DNA of 64,000 nucleotides from an uncultured Limnohabitans sp. (GCA_963513725.1 CAUPRM010000004.1:102348-166347), one strand, 5' to 3'; shown: positions 22,501-32,281, counted from the first letter of the stretch. Notes: a model not told the origin generated them from the letters alone. Numbers and translations: made by a program.

Positions 22501-25024
22501 GCAAGTCAACGCTTTGAGTACTGCTCAGTTGCAAGGCTTGGCCGCTGGTCGTGTGACAGCCATGAGCTCGACGCAAGTTCAAGCCATGAGTGCCGCGCAA
22601 CTGGGTGGCTTAGCCACCTCACAAGTGGTCGAACTCGAAACGGCAGACATTGCCGCCTTGAGCGCCACGCAAATCAAGGGCTTTACCACAGCAGGCATTC
22701 GTGCACTGGGTACCGATGACATTCAAGCCTTGTCCGTCAACTTGGTAGAGAACTTGACCACTGCTCAAGTGGAAGCCCTGGAAACCTCTGACATCACCAC
22801 TTTGTCGGCAACGCAGTTTGATGCCTTGTCGGCAGGCCAAGTGTCTGCTCTGACCACCGCCAACGTGGCTGTGCTGGGTACACACCAACTCACGGTGATG
22901 AACCTCGATCCATTGAAGGCGTTCACCACGGCACAGGTACAAGCCTTGTCGACAGCGAACATCAATATTTTGAATGGCGATCAAGTGGGCGCGTTGACCA
23001 CATCGCAGATCAATGCGTTGACCACATCTCAAGTCAGCAAGATCTCGGTGGGTTCTTTTGCCTCGGTGTCTACCGCACAAATCGCAGCGTTGGACACCAA
23101 CCAAGTGTCCACACTCAGCACGGCACAGATTGCCAATTTGTCGTCCACACAGTTACGTAGCTTGAGCGATTCACAACTGCAAAGCTTAGTGGCAACGAGC
23201 CAGTTGCAAGCCATCACCGGAACACAGCTGCAATCGATGACCACCAGTGCTGTGGCAAGTTTGTTGACCAGCCAAGTCAACCAACTCACCAGCGCACAAG
23301 TGCAAGCTTTGACAACTGGCGAAGTGGCCGCCTTGGGTACCGCCCAAGTTGCTGCACTGACCACCACCCAATTGGTGGTGATGGAAAACGCCGATGTTGC
23401 AGCCTTGAGCACCGCTCAACTCAACGCCATTGCCGCGGCAGACTTGGCCACCTTGACGACCGATCAGCTGCGCGCCTTGACGACCGATCAAGCCGCAGGC
23501 TTGAGCACCGCTCAGCTCAACGCGCTCAGCTCAACCAAGTTGAACAGCCTTGAGACCGCTGACTTCGCTGCCTTGACGACCACGCAAGTGGCTGCCATTG
23601 CCGATGCGCGCATCGATGACTTGAGCACCGCGTTGATCCAAGCCTTGACGGCTGATCAAGTGGCTGGTTTGGGCACCTCTCAGGTCAGCAGCTTGACCAG
23701 TGCACAACTGGTGGCTATGGAGACCACCGATGTGGCGGCCTTGACCTCGAACCAAGTGTTGCAAATCAGTGATGTCAACATTGCCAAGTTGGGTACAGCC
23801 CAAACTCGTGTCCTGTCTCGCGACGTGATTGGTGGTTTGACGACTGCCAAACTGGATGCTTTGACCACCTCGCAAGTGGCCGCTTTGAGCAACGACCAAA
23901 TCAACGCTCTGAGCACCGCCAACATCCAGTCTTTGGCAACCGACAACTTGCAAGCCTTGACTGCGACACAGCTGCAAGGTATGACGACCACTCAGCTCCA
24001 GTCCTTGAGCACCACGCAAGTGACGCAATTGAGTACAGGGCAGATCAGCGAGTTGACCAACACGGTTGTGTCCGGTTTGTCTACGGGGCAGGTGGGCGCT
24101 TTGACCACGAACCAAGTCAAGCTCCTAAGTAACGCGGTGATCAACACCTTGTCCACCACCAACTTGACTGCGATGGGAACGTCGCAAGTCAACGCCTTGA
24201 CCAACGGGCAGGTCCGGGTCATGACCACAGGTCAAGTCTTGGCTTTGGGAACCACCCAAGTGACAGCATTGACCAGTGACCAAATCGGCGCGCTCAGTGC
24301 GGCCAACGTGGCGGCAATGTCTACGGGCATGGTCAACTTGCTGAGTTCGACACAGGTGCAAGGCTTGAGCTTGTCTGTTGTGCCAGGCATCACCACCGAT
24401 AAAGTGGCTGCCCTTTCATCCTCCGCTATCGCAGGCTTGACCGGTGCGCAAATCACCGCTTTGACCACCGCGCAAGTGGATGCGTTGAACACCGCCGCTA
24501 TTCCTGCGCTCAGCAGCAGCCAACTGCAGGCCTTGGAAACGGCTGACTTTGCGGCCTTGTCGTCGACCAAGATTGCATCGCTCACGACCAGCCAGTTGCC
24601 AACGCTGGAAGCGCGTGATGTGGCCGTGTTGAGCTCGACACAAGTCAATGCCTTGAGCAGCGCTCAACTCAACAGCTTGGGCTCTGATTTGATTCAGTCT
24701 CTGTCGACCTCGGCCTTGAATGGCTTGGCCACCGACAAGCTCAACACTTTGAGCACTGCACAAATCGGTGCCATCAGCACGGGTAGTTTGCAGGCTTTGA
24801 GCTCAACGCAAATTGGTGCCTTGACGACTGGCCAGTTGGCCGCATTGTCAACCGCTGGTTTGCAGGCTCTGACGACTGGCCAAGTGGCTGGTTTGACGAC
24901 CACGCAGATCCCGACCTTGACCGTTGCGAAGCTTGTAGCTTTGGGTAGCGACATCAATGCGTTCACAACCACTCAGATTGGGTCGCTGACAACGACACAA
25001 GTGGCTGGTTTGGTGACGCGTTAA
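16562..25024 (+). CDS. Giant Ser/Thr-rich octapeptide-repeat protein (2820 aa), function unknown
   Basis: Uninterrupted ORF built almost wholly of L-[ST]-x-x-Q-[VIL]-x-[AS] units; no signal peptide or catalytic domain seen. Confidence 0.9.
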   Translation: MATTPVSAGSSPVYTPRITASTSIDDWTSTKISTLTLTEVRGLTSTQVASILPSSIAGLSASHIAALSTGQMAALSSNQIGQFSQTQLAKVSKAQVSAMSFDQLNGMSTGQVQKLSAVQLSGIKTSEIGNVKTESLTAMSVKQIQALTTDQIIALIGDQLGALGTSQVSAMSVGQIGAIETRDLTGMSTGQIRAMGVTQVAALKTSQLNALTTSQLQALEVGDIAKLTTAQVAAFSNTQVSSLLTSQVSALTQKNVISMSASQIGAFSTNQVTALSVASVAGMSNAQVSGMSTGQLRALATGQIASLSASALNALSTDKLTNLKTEQVAALSGVQIKALSATNVAALGTEQVSALTNLQVTSLSTAAINAMSTGQISQFSSTDLRALTVAQLNAVSTTSLASLSSASLQSLTVTQFKSLTNTQLGSLSSSQAQSLNSSQLQNLSAAQITSLGTANAAVLSSTQIASLTASQLKTVSSTIIGALSSSAVGALNSTNAKVLTNTQLQSLSTAASAALSASFINALTATQIAAFSTSQVQALSTGVIGTLSVDTLKSFSTGQVQSLSSDALNQLTTTQVRTLSSSQLTAISTGNLNALSSTNLQALSSTQMSSLSSATLSALTTANIQLLQTQQVASLTTGQIASLSTTNLAALSSTQVSKLTDDQVGALSTSFVQNMSSSQLNALTTSQLAYLTSDAITALSSDQVQSLKTDTLAALSAGQIKALETQDFQALGTSKITVLTDAQIRSMATEDVASLSTAQMGVLQSNQVSALSAAGITSLNSGQLSALSSSNVAFLTNSAIAAIGSGQVAALTSTKLNQISGTALQGMSTSTIAALDTAQVAGLSTTLVKKLTGAQVQVLSSAGVAAMGTSELQLLNGEQIGSLQSSQVSALSSTKFQALTDTQLSNLSTGAVAGLVSSQVNALTSTQLGALGANQFKALSTSVVANLSTTDLMDGLTQTQLQSMTTAQVQALGTGQIDDLSVEQLGYLSATQVGALTTDDVAGLNTSLVQALSSDQLRALSTGVVAALSTSQVQAFTPTELGALTTSQTQALGTASLSVLGSSQVAGLSVAQLNSLSTSQFESISTGGLAAVATATLQGITTTQIASLSTGAMVALTTEQLSALTNSQVGALTTTSINALSTAKVAGLQSSSIAALSTTQVAALSTGVVAQLSSSQSKALSATLIGAMSTGQVGALSTTVISTLSATQFDALSTSQLASLSTDQASALTVSQVSGLSTARLAALTSSQVAKISTAAVAQMSATQVGSLSTDQVQGLTSGQVKALTVAHMAVLNNDQLHALTTAQVNAIETADLRALSATQLRELSSTQLQALGTEQIQSLENDDLVAFSAIQVSSFTTTQVQAIKGSQAGALSVTQLGGMTTEQTSALSTALINALSATQLAAFSTGQLNAISSTNLQSVAVSAMSGFTTTQLSGLSTTNVAGLQTAQINALSAGQLGALGTDQLNAMGSAQINALSATALSGLSTATLQGVKTEHISTLASASVVALGTAQVNALTSGQAVSLSSTSLQTLSSSQLRALGTTQLQSLTATTQFNKLSSTQVASLGTSQVQALSTAQLATLSTSGVSIASMGTAQINALTSTQLQSLSVTQLNTVATGQVQALTSEQIGAIFSDTELQGAATALVPNLTNTQVSTLATSVINAMTTDQVRAFSTTEMTALTDLQVAAFSTSQLNNLESADVVALSGQQVSSLSTDQLRALSSTSVGVLERDDFNALSAAQIASFTTAQIVALTSTQMAGINESKVGTLTTDQAAALSSSALSGLGASQVAALSTGQLNAISSTNVRSITTTAVAGLTTSQMSGLSTTNAAGLNTSQVSVLSSSQLGALSTTQLNTMGSAQINAINTTALATLATSTVQGLKTDHISALASNSVKALGTAQVAALSSGQAMALSAGSLQTLSTSQVQALGTAQLASLTATTQFNQLTSTQLATLTTGQIQAMGTDQVNTLSNGSVAALGTAQVNALSTAQLQGLAAGRVTAMSSTQVQAMSAAQLGGLATSQVVELETADIAALSATQIKGFTTAGIRALGTDDIQALSVNLVENLTTAQVEALETSDITTLSATQFDALSAGQVSALTTANVAVLGTHQLTVMNLDPLKAFTTAQVQALSTANINILNGDQVGALTTSQINALTTSQVSKISVGSFASVSTAQIAALDTNQVSTLSTAQIANLSSTQLRSLSDSQLQSLVATSQLQAITGTQLQSMTTSAVASLLTSQVNQLTSAQVQALTTGEVAALGTAQVAALTTTQLVVMENADVAALSTAQLNAIAAADLATLTTDQLRALTTDQAAGLSTAQLNALSSTKLNSLETADFAALTTTQVAAIADARIDDLSTALIQALTADQVAGLGTSQVSSLTSAQLVAMETTDVAALTSNQVLQISDVNIAKLGTAQTRVLSRDVIGGLTTAKLDALTTSQVAALSNDQINALSTANIQSLATDNLQALTATQLQGMTTTQLQSLSTTQVTQLSTGQISELTNTVVSGLSTGQVGALTTNQVKLLSNAVINTLSTTNLTAMGTSQVNALTNGQVRVMTTGQVLALGTTQVTALTSDQIGALSAANVAAMSTGMVNLLSSTQVQGLSLSVVPGITTDKVAALSSSAIAGLTGAQITALTTAQVDALNTAAIPALSSSQLQALETADFAALSSTKIASLTTSQLPTLEARDVAVLSSTQVNALSSAQLNSLGSDLIQSLSTSALNGLATDKLNTLSTAQIGAISTGSLQALSSTQIGALTTGQLAALSTAGLQALTTGQVAGLTTTQIPTLTVAKLVALGSDINAFTTTQIGSLTTTQVAGLVTR

Positions 25025-25026
25025 GC

Positions 25027-25068
25027 AAAAAAATGACTGAGTAGGGTGTTCTGTCCTACTCAGTCATT
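25027..25068. terminator. Hairpin terminator between the convergent repeat gene and manC (probably bidirectional)
   Basis: AATGACTGAGTAGG-9nt-CCTACTCAGTCATT perfect 14-bp stem; A-tract on the left gives a U-tract on the minus strand. Confidence 0.8.
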
Positions 25069-25110
25069 GATGCGGTGAGATTGAAAAGTGAGGGCGTTTG
25101 TTTGCAGCGT

Positions 25111-26538
25111 TTAGATGCGCCCATACAAATCTTCAAACCGCACAATGTCGTCCTCACCCAGGTACGAACCCGACTGCACCTCGATCAAATGCAGCGGCAC
25201 TTTGCCTGGGTTTTCTAGCGCGTGCGTCATGCCCACGGGGATGTAGACCGATTCGTTTTCTGTCACCAGCTTGGTCTCTTCGCCCAAGCGCACCAGCGCC
25301 GTGCCCGACACCACCACCCAATGCTCGGCGCGGTGGTGGTGCATTTGCAGCGACAACTTCGCGCCTGGCTTCACCTTGATGCGCTTGACCTGAAAACGCC
25401 CACCGCTATCTACGCTGTCGTAGCTGCCCCACGGTCTGAACACCTCGCGGTGTTGGTCTACCTCGGGGCGCTTTTGCGCTTTCAGGCGGTCCACCACTTT
25501 CTTCACGTCTTGCGCTTTGTCTTTGTGGGCCACCAGCACCGCGTCTGAGGTTTCGACCACCACCAAATCTTCCACGCCAATCAGCGCGACCAAGCGGCTG
25601 TCGGCATGCACGTAGCTGTTCTTGGCACCTTCCAAGAGCACATCGCCCCGCGTGGCGTTGCCTTGGGCGTCTTGCGGCAACACCTGCCACACAGCAGACC
25701 ATGCGCCCACATCGTTCCAGCCTGCATCTAGCGGCACAACCACGGCTTTGCTGGTTTTCTCCATCACCGCGTAGTCCACGCTGTCGCTGGGGCTGCTGGC
25801 AAACGCTTCTTTGTCCAAGCGCACAAACTCAAGGTCTTTCTGTGCGTTGTTCCATGCGCCTAGGCAGGCTTGCAGCATGGCGGGGTTGGCCTCGCCCAAC
25901 TCCTCTAAAAACACCGACGCCCTGAACATGAACATGCCGCTGTTCCAGGTGTAGCTGCCGTCTTTCAAGTAGGCCTGCGCCGTGGCGAGATCGGGCTTCT
26001 CGACAAACTGCTGCACCGGCACAGCTGCATTCGCATCCAACGGCAAACTGGCTTTGACGTAGCCATAACCCGTCTCGGGGTGCGTGGGCACAATGCCAAA
26101 CGTCACCAGCGCGCCCGCCTCTGCCGCCTTCAGCCCCACCCGCACCGCGTGGTGAAACGCAGGCACATCGGCAAACGTGTGGTCCGACGGCAGCACCAGC
26201 AGCACGGGGTCGGCCCCAGTGGCCAGGGCCGCCAACGCCGCCACCGCGATGGCTGGCGCCGTGTTACGCGCCACAGGCTCTAGCAAGATGCTGTGCGGCG
26301 TCACCCCCGCCTCGCGGCACTGCTCGCCCACCAAAAAGCGATGGTCGTTGTTGGCCACCACGATGGGGCGCATCACGTCGGCAGTAATGCCTTGCAAGCG
26401 CTGCAATGTCAGCTGAAACAGTGACGCGTCTTCGGTCACGCCTAAGAATTGTTTGGGGCGCAATGAGCGAGAAAGTGGCCACAAGCGCGAGCCGCTTCCA
26501 CCAGACAACACCACTGGAACTAATCTCGGAACCGTCAT
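25111..26538 (-). CDS. manC: Mannose-1-phosphate guanylyltransferase / mannose-6-phosphate isomerase
   Basis: PVVLSGGSGSRLWPLSR..PKQF, EPVARNTAPA, WNSGMF, RPWGSY, LSLQMHHHRAEHWVVVSG. Confidence 0.96.
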   Translation of the reverse strand: MTVPRLVPVVLSGGSGSRLWPLSRSLRPKQFLGVTEDASLFQLTLQRLQGITADVMRPIVVANNDHRFLVGEQCREAGVTPHSILLEPVARNTAPAIAVAALAALATGADPVLLVLPSDHTFADVPAFHHAVRVGLKAAEAGALVTFGIVPTHPETGYGYVKASLPLDANAAVPVQQFVEKPDLATAQAYLKDGSYTWNSGMFMFRASVFLEELGEANPAMLQACLGAWNNAQKDLEFVRLDKEAFASSPSDSVDYAVMEKTSKAVVVPLDAGWNDVGAWSAVWQVLPQDAQGNATRGDVLLEGAKNSYVHADSRLVALIGVEDLVVVETSDAVLVAHKDKAQDVKKVVDRLKAQKRPEVDQHREVFRPWGSYDSVDSGGRFQVKRIKVKPGAKLSLQMHHHRAEHWVVVSGTALVRLGEETKLVTENESVYIPVGMTHALENPGKVPLHLIEVQSGSYLGEDDIVRFEDLYGRI

Positions 26539-26546
26539 ACAGTGCC

Positions 26547-27482
26547 TTATGCTTGAGCGTGGTTTTTCAAAAAATCTTGATAGGCTAACTTGATGCCATC
26601 AGCCAACGCCACCTTGGCTCGCCATCCCTGAGCGGCGGCGGCTGACACGTCTAGCAACTTGCGCGGCGTGCCGTCGGGCTTGGCGCTGTCAAACACAATG
26701 CGGCCCTCAAAGCCCACCACCTGCATCACCTGCTCGGCCAGTTCGCGGATGGTCACATCCACGCCCGTGCCAATGTTGAGCAAGGGGCCGTGGTAGCCCG
26801 CTGTCATCAGTTGCACGCAGGCGTCGGCCAAATCGTCCACATACAAAAACTCGCGCATGGGGTTCCCGCTGCCCCACACCACATATTCGGCGTCACCGCG
26901 CAGCTTGGCTTCGTGCGCTTTGCGAATCAGCGCGGGCAACACATGGCTGTTTTGCAGGTCGTAGTTGTCGCCGGGGCCGTAGAGGTTGGTCGGCATCACG
27001 CTGGTGTAGCGCGTGCCATATTGGGCGTTGAAGCTCTCGCACAGCTTGATGCCTGCAATCTTGGCCAAGGCATAGGGCTCGTTGGTTTGCTCTAAAGGCC
27101 CCGTCAACAAATATTCTTCTTTGATCGGCTGCGGGCAGTCGCGTGGGTAAATGCAGCTAGAGCCCAAAAACATCAGGTCATTGATGCCTGCCGCATACGC
27201 CCCCTGAATCAGGTTGGCCTCCATCATCAGGTTTTGGTAGATGAAGTCGGCGCGGTAAGTGTTGTTGGCGTGAATGCCGCCTACCTTGGCTGCCGCGATA
27301 AACAGGTAGTCGGGCTTTTCGGTTTTGAGAAAAGCCTCCACCTCTACTTGCCGCGTCAGGTCTAGCTCGGCGTGCGTGCGGGTGATGATGTGTTGGTAAC
27401 CATCCGCCTGCAAGCGGCGCACGATGGCTGAGCCCACCATCCCACGGTGGCCGGCTACATAAATCTTGGCATCCAAGTTCAT
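26547..27482 (-). CDS. fcl: GDP-L-fucose synthase
   Basis: [63 protein letters not shown]. Confidence 0.95.
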   Translation of the reverse strand: MNLDAKIYVAGHRGMVGSAIVRRLQADGYQHIITRTHAELDLTRQVEVEAFLKTEKPDYLFIAAAKVGGIHANNTYRADFIYQNLMMEANLIQGAYAAGINDLMFLGSSCIYPRDCPQPIKEEYLLTGPLEQTNEPYALAKIAGIKLCESFNAQYGTRYTSVMPTNLYGPGDNYDLQNSHVLPALIRKAHEAKLRGDAEYVVWGSGNPMREFLYVDDLADACVQLMTAGYHGPLLNIGTGVDVTIRELAEQVMQVVGFEGRIVFDSAKPDGTPRKLLDVSAAAAQGWRAKVALADGIKLAYQDFLKNHAQA

Positions 27483-27485
27483 GGC

Positions 27486-28616
27486 TTAGTGCTCAATGCC
27501 TACAGATACGTTGAAACCGTGTTTCTTGAGCAAGGCATGCTGTTTGGCTTTGCTCAAGTCGTTGGCTACCATCTCTTTGACCATCTCATCGAGCGTAATT
27601 TCTGGCACCCAGCCTAGGTCAGCCTTGGCTTTGCTCGGGTCACCCTGAAGGGTTTCCACCTCGGTCGGACGGAAGTAGCGGGGGTCAACCCGCACTACCA
27701 CTTGACCCACAGTCAAACCTGGCGCGTCGGAGCCTTCAATCTTGGCCACGGTGGCGACTTCGTTCACGCCTTCGCCTTTAAAGGCGAGGGTGACGCCCAA
27801 TTCAGTCGCAGTTTTTGTAATGAACTGACGCACCGAATATTGAACACCGGTGGCAATGACGTAGTCTTGGGGTGTGTCTTGCTGCAACATCATCCATTGC
27901 ATGCGCACATAATCTTTGGCATGGCCCCAGTCGCGCAGCGCGTCCATATTGCCCATGTAAAGGCAACTGTCTAGGCCCTGCGCAATATTGGCCATGCCGC
28001 GGGTAATTTTGCGGGTCACAAACGTTTCGCCACGGCGCGGGCTCTCGTGGTTAAACAAAATACCGTTGCAGGCATACATGCCATAGGCCTCGCGGTAGTT
28101 CACCGTGATCCAGTAGGCATAGAGCTTGGCCACCGCATAAGGGCTGCGTGGGTAGAAGGGGGTGGTTTCCCTTTGCGGCTTTTCTTGCACCAAGCCATAC
28201 AGCTCAGAGGTGGAGGCTTGGTAAAAGCGTGTTTTCTTTTCTAACCCCAAAAAGCGAATGGCTTCGAGCAAACGCAGCGTGCCCATGCCGTCCACATCGG
28301 CGGTGTATTCGGGGGCCTCAAACGACACCGCCACATGGCTTTGAGCGCCTAGGTTGTAAATCTCGTCAGGCTGCACCTGTTGAATGATGCGGGTGAGGTT
28401 GCTACTGTCCGACAAATCACCGTAGTGCAGATGCAGGTTTTTGTTGTTGGCATGCGGGTCTTGGTAGATGTGGTCAATACGATCGGTATTGAACAACGAT
28501 GCACGACGCTTGATGCCATGAACGATGTAGCCTTTTTCTAAAAGGAACTCGGCGAGGTAGGAGCCGTCTTGGCCGGTGATGCCGGTGATGAGGGCTACCT
28601 TCTTAGCAATGGTCAT
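27486..28616 (-). CDS. gmd: GDP-mannose 4,6-dehydratase
   Basis: [51 protein letters not shown]; likely start MTIAKK at 28616. Confidence 0.97.
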   Translation of the reverse strand: MTIAKKVALITGITGQDGSYLAEFLLEKGYIVHGIKRRASLFNTDRIDHIYQDPHANNKNLHLHYGDLSDSSNLTRIIQQVQPDEIYNLGAQSHVAVSFEAPEYTADVDGMGTLRLLEAIRFLGLEKKTRFYQASTSELYGLVQEKPQRETTPFYPRSPYAVAKLYAYWITVNYREAYGMYACNGILFNHESPRRGETFVTRKITRGMANIAQGLDSCLYMGNMDALRDWGHAKDYVRMQWMMLQQDTPQDYVIATGVQYSVRQFITKTATELGVTLAFKGEGVNEVATVAKIEGSDAPGLTVGQVVVRVDPRYFRPTEVETLQGDPSKAKADLGWVPEITLDEMVKEMVANDLSKAKQHALLKKHGFNVSVGIEH

Positions 28617-28718
28617 GATTAAAATCTTTCGAATTGATTTATAAACTGTAGTTGACTTGGTTACATGTCCACATGTCAAACAATTTGCTCGCTAAGCGGC
28701 CCTCGAAAAACACCAAAA

Positions 28719-29441
28719 TTAAAGTGAGAAATTGGCCGCTAAGGCATCAGCATAAAACATTTTGACTGTATCCAATGAATAAGTATCAAGATCATAGTCA
28801 ATCAGATCAATCTTTTTCAAAATATCATTCGTGACGGTGATGACGTGGCAGCCAATTTGATCTGCATGATAGATATTTAATAATTCCCTTGGACTTGCCC
28901 AAATGAGTTCAGCGGCGGGCGCTAATTTTAAAATTTCTACTGATGCGGCCATTAATGGCAAAGGATCGCGTCCTGTATCTGCAATTCGACCTGCAAAGAC
29001 AGAAACATAGCTAGGTACGTTTGGATCTAAAGCAGAAACGACATCACGAACCTGTGACAAGGTCATGATCGCAGTGACGTTAACTTTCACGCCTTGGGTT
29101 GATAGTTTATGCACCAACTCATAGCAGGGCTGCTGCTTTGTGTTGGTAACTGGAATTTTGACGTAAACATTTTCGCCCCAGCTTGCGATCTCAAGTGCTT
29201 GTCGTTCCATTTCAGCGAAATCATCCGAAAAGACTTCGAAAGATAAGGGTTTATCGTTAATTGTGTTGAGAATATCTTTACAAAAAGCTCGGTAATCTGT
29301 AATTCCCGCTTTTTTCATTAAAGTAGGGTTGGTGGTCAATCCGTGAATAAATGGCTTTGAATACATTTCTAGCATGCCAGACTTGTCAGCGCCATCAGCA
29401 AAGATTTTTACTTTCAATTCATTAATTTTCTTCATGATCAA
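28719..29441 (-). CDS. tal: Transaldolase (short type), probably supplying sedoheptulose-7-phosphate
   Basis: IFADGAD, GLTTNPTLM, NVYVKIP, VNVTA, YVSVFAGRIADTG, ASPRE. Confidence 0.88.
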   Translation of the reverse strand: MIMKKINELKVKIFADGADKSGMLEMYSKPFIHGLTTNPTLMKKAGITDYRAFCKDILNTINDKPLSFEVFSDDFAEMERQALEIASWGENVYVKIPVTNTKQQPCYELVHKLSTQGVKVNVTAIMTLSQVRDVVSALDPNVPSYVSVFAGRIADTGRDPLPLMAASVEILKLAPAAELIWASPRELLNIYHADQIGCHVITVTNDILKKIDLIDYDLDTYSLDTVKMFYADALAANFSL

Positions 29442-29974
29442 CTCCTTTGGAAATTTAAAATAATATCTGTTGCCTCGTTGAGGCTCTTGACAATGTGGTT
29501 AGGTGATGATGGTTGGGTCTCAAGGTACCCATAGTCAATAAAAAAGGTATGACAACCCGCGCTCTGGCCTGCTTCAATATCACGCCAGCGGTCACCGATC
29601 ATGAAACTATTCGTTAAATCAATTTCAAATTCAATGGCAGCAGACAAAATAGCGCCTGCTTTAGGTTTTCTGCAGTCGCAATTGTCTTGGCTGTCATGAA
29701 AACAGCTTCGAATGTTGTCAATAGGTAAAGTTTTCAACATATGTTTGTGAATCAATTCAACGGTTTCACGCTTCATGGTTCCTCTTGCGACATCTGGTTG
29801 GTTGGTGATCACAATGAGTTTGTAATTTGCGGACTTTAGTTTATATAGTGCTTCAGGCACACCATGCAGAATTTCTAATTCATCTAAAGAAGCAGGTGGG
29901 TACGGCTTTCCATCGCGAACGATGGCGCGATTAATTACACCATCACGATCTAAAAAAACCGCACGATTTTTCAT
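29438..29974 (-). CDS. gmhB: D-glycero-manno-heptose 1,7-bisphosphate phosphatase (HAD)
   Basis: AVFLDRDGVIN, ITNQP, CDCRKPK, MIGDRWRDIEAG; ATGA overlap with the upstream SIS gene. Confidence 0.88.
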   Translation of the reverse strand: MKNRAVFLDRDGVINRAIVRDGKPYPPASLDELEILHGVPEALYKLKSANYKLIVITNQPDVARGTMKRETVELIHKHMLKTLPIDNIRSCFHDSQDNCDCRKPKAGAILSAAIEFEIDLTNSFMIGDRWRDIEAGQSAGCHTFFIDYGYLETQPSSPNHIVKSLNEATDIILNFQRS

Positions 29975-30570
29975 TTGACAGTCGATTCCCATTTTGTAGT
30001 ATGGGCCTTGAGTTTAGGGTGAGATACCAACAAGTGCCAAATCACCGCTTGAAAAGCTTCTGAATGTGGTGTGATGGTGTCTGGATTCACGGTAGGAACT
30101 ACAACGCATGCGTTTGCAACTTGTGCTGTGTAGCCGCCATCTCGGCCAACAATACCAGTGATTTTTGCGCCAACTGTTTTTGCATATTTGAGCGCTTCAA
30201 CCAAGTTGGGACTGATATTTTTATCTAAATTACCACCACCGACCGAAAGGACAAATAGAACATCAGTAGGTTTTAATTTGCTAGTTTTAAGCCATTCAAC
30301 AAAAACTGTCGCCCAACCTTCATCATTTGTACGTGCTGTTAATTCGGAAACATTGTCGGTTGGTGCATAAGATTCAATGCCAGCAATTTTTCGGAAATCA
30401 TTGACAGCATGGGAGCAATTACCAGCACTGCCGCCAACCCCCAAAAAGAAAATTCGTCCTCCATCAGATTTGACATCATGCAAAAGGGAAGCCATCTTTT
30501 CAATTGAGTCTTGATCAATCTTTTGAATGATCTCAATGGCTTCGTTTAAGTGTTGTTTTGCGTAACTCAT
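29971..30570 (-). CDS. gmhA: Sedoheptulose-7-phosphate isomerase (SIS domain)
   Basis: GVGGSAGNCSHAVNDF, TARTNDEG, SPNLVEAL, GRDGG, EAFQAVIWH. Confidence 0.85.
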   Translation of the reverse strand: MSYAKQHLNEAIEIIQKIDQDSIEKMASLLHDVKSDGGRIFFLGVGGSAGNCSHAVNDFRKIAGIESYAPTDNVSELTARTNDEGWATVFVEWLKTSKLKPTDVLFVLSVGGGNLDKNISPNLVEALKYAKTVGAKITGIVGRDGGYTAQVANACVVVPTVNPDTITPHSEAFQAVIWHLLVSHPKLKAHTTKWESTVK

Positions 30571-31274
30571 GGTTTACCTTTCAGTTCAAAAAATTTTTGT
30601 GTTTCTTCAAGACCAATTTGCGAGCCGATTTCAAAGAACCGATCTTTAACTTCAAGGCCAGCAAGATTTTTGGTCACCGATAAATGATGGTAAAGGTCTG
30701 ATAAATCAAATGCATCAGATTTAGAATATTCATTGATGCAGCTTGCACTCATAATACTCAAGCCATAATCAATGTAATCCATGTCTGAGTGACATTTTAA
30801 TTTGTTGTACTCAATGAGTTCATGATTTTTGAAAATTACATTACTCTTATCCCAGCGATTTTCATTTTTTAAAATGGTCATCAACGCAGGTTTATTTTGA
30901 TTAAAGAATTCAGCCTCTACAGATTTATAGTCAATTGGTAAAAAAGAGTCGCCATATAAAATCATAAAAGCCTTATCCAGGTATGGAAGTGCGCGTTTGA
31001 TAGAACCACCCGTACCAAGCAATGTCGATCCATCAAACGAGTAACTTACATTCAATCCAAAGTCTCTTCCATCACCTACAGACGCCTCAATAAGCTCGCC
31101 CAAATGTCCAACGCAGAGTACAACTTCTTTGGCGCCTTGCTGCATCAAATATTCAAGTTGCCAGTGAATAAATGGTTTACCCGCCACATTGAGCAAGGCT
31201 TTGGGAGTAGATTGAGTCAAAGGCATCATGCGCGTAGCAAGTCCACCAGCAAGAATTGCAATGGGAAGTTTCAT
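30567..31274 (-). CDS. hddC: Nucleotidyltransferase, heptose-1-phosphate guanylyltransferase-like
   Basis: ILAGGLATRM..PKALL.VAGKPF, LGTGG, LYGDS; adjacent to hddA and gmhA. Confidence 0.78.
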   Translation of the reverse strand: MKLPIAILAGGLATRMMPLTQSTPKALLNVAGKPFIHWQLEYLMQQGAKEVVLCVGHLGELIEASVGDGRDFGLNVSYSFDGSTLLGTGGSIKRALPYLDKAFMILYGDSFLPIDYKSVEAEFFNQNKPALMTILKNENRWDKSNVIFKNHELIEYNKLKCHSDMDYIDYGLSIMSASCINEYSKSDAFDLSDLYHHLSVTKNLAGLEVKDRFFEIGSQIGLEETQKFFELKGKP

Positions 31275-32254
31275 GATGTCAAAACAATTTTTGTGCCTTC
31301 AAAGTCAAATTTGAATCGCACTTCATCCAAACCCGCATTCATCATGGCTTGACGCAACTTAGTGCGGTCATCTGCCAGAAACATTAAAAAACCACCACCA
31401 CCAGCGCCGACTAGCTTCCCGCCAATGGCGCCATTGCGCATAGCCAACTTGTACCAGTCGTCAATTTGAGAATTACTCATTCCGCCAGAACGTCTTTTTT
31501 TATGTTCCCAATGTTCGTGCATTAACTCACCAAAAAGGGCTGTGTTACCTGATTCCAAAGCATCCTTACTGCGATAACCAATTTCTTTTACATAATGTAA
31601 ATTAGCAAGCATGTCCTTGTCATTCACCAATGTTTTGGTATTTTGGTCATTCAAAATGCCACCGGCGCTTCTAGAGAATCCTGTGAAAAAAATCAACAAG
31701 TTATCTTCTAATTCAAACAATGTTGAGGTGCTAATCTTTAAGGGCACAGTGGTAACCCTATCATCTTTATGGAAGGTGTAGCACGTGATTCCGCCACATG
31801 CTGCGGCATATTGGTCTTGTTTACCAATTGGCTCTTGAAGTCGATTGATCTCAATTTCGCAAGCTAGTGCAGCTAACTCTTCTTGATGTAGATGCTGCCG
31901 TTTGTGTGCATATAGAGATTTCAGCAGAGCGGTTGTGAAACTACCTGAAGATCCTAAACCTGTACCAGCAGGAATATCTGCCAGAGATGTGATTTCGATT
32001 TGCGGTGTATTGAGTTCAAGTAGTTTAAGTGTTTCGCGAATTATTGGATGCTTTACTTCGTCTACTTGTTTAGCCTTTTCAATTTGAGAGTATTTGAGAT
32101 AAATACCTTTTGAGAACGGCCGCATGACTGTGACATATACATACTTGTCAATGGTTGCAGCAATTAGAAATCCTTCATGCTCGCGGTAATAGGAGGGCAG
32201 GTCTGTACCGCCTCCGCCAAGGCTCAGTCGAAGAGGGCTACGCGAAATAATCAT
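31271..32254 (-). CDS. hddA: D-glycero-alpha-D-manno-heptose-7-phosphate kinase (GHMP family)
   Basis: SPLRLSLGGGGTDLPSY, DIPAGTGLGSSG, GKQDQY, GGKLVGAGGGGF. Confidence 0.9.
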   Translation of the reverse strand: MIISRSPLRLSLGGGGTDLPSYYREHEGFLIAATIDKYVYVTVMRPFSKGIYLKYSQIEKAKQVDEVKHPIIRETLKLLELNTPQIEITSLADIPAGTGLGSSGSFTTALLKSLYAHKRQHLHQEELAALACEIEINRLQEPIGKQDQYAAACGGITCYTFHKDDRVTTVPLKISTSTLFELEDNLLIFFTGFSRSAGGILNDQNTKTLVNDKDMLANLHYVKEIGYRSKDALESGNTALFGELMHEHWEHKKRRSGGMSNSQIDDWYKLAMRNGAIGGKLVGAGGGGFLMFLADDRTKLRQAMMNAGLDEVRFKFDFEGTKIVLTS

Positions 32255-32281
32255 AAGATGCTCTCAGTAATATTCAAAAAA

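Noticed and set aside
16562-25024. Ice-nucleation protein, pentapeptide-repeat, RTX or autotransporter adhesin identity for the giant ORFs
   Set aside because: The period is 8 but lacks AGYGSTxT; I saw no A(D/N)Lxx pentapeptides, GGxGxD motifs, signal peptide or C-terminal barrel.
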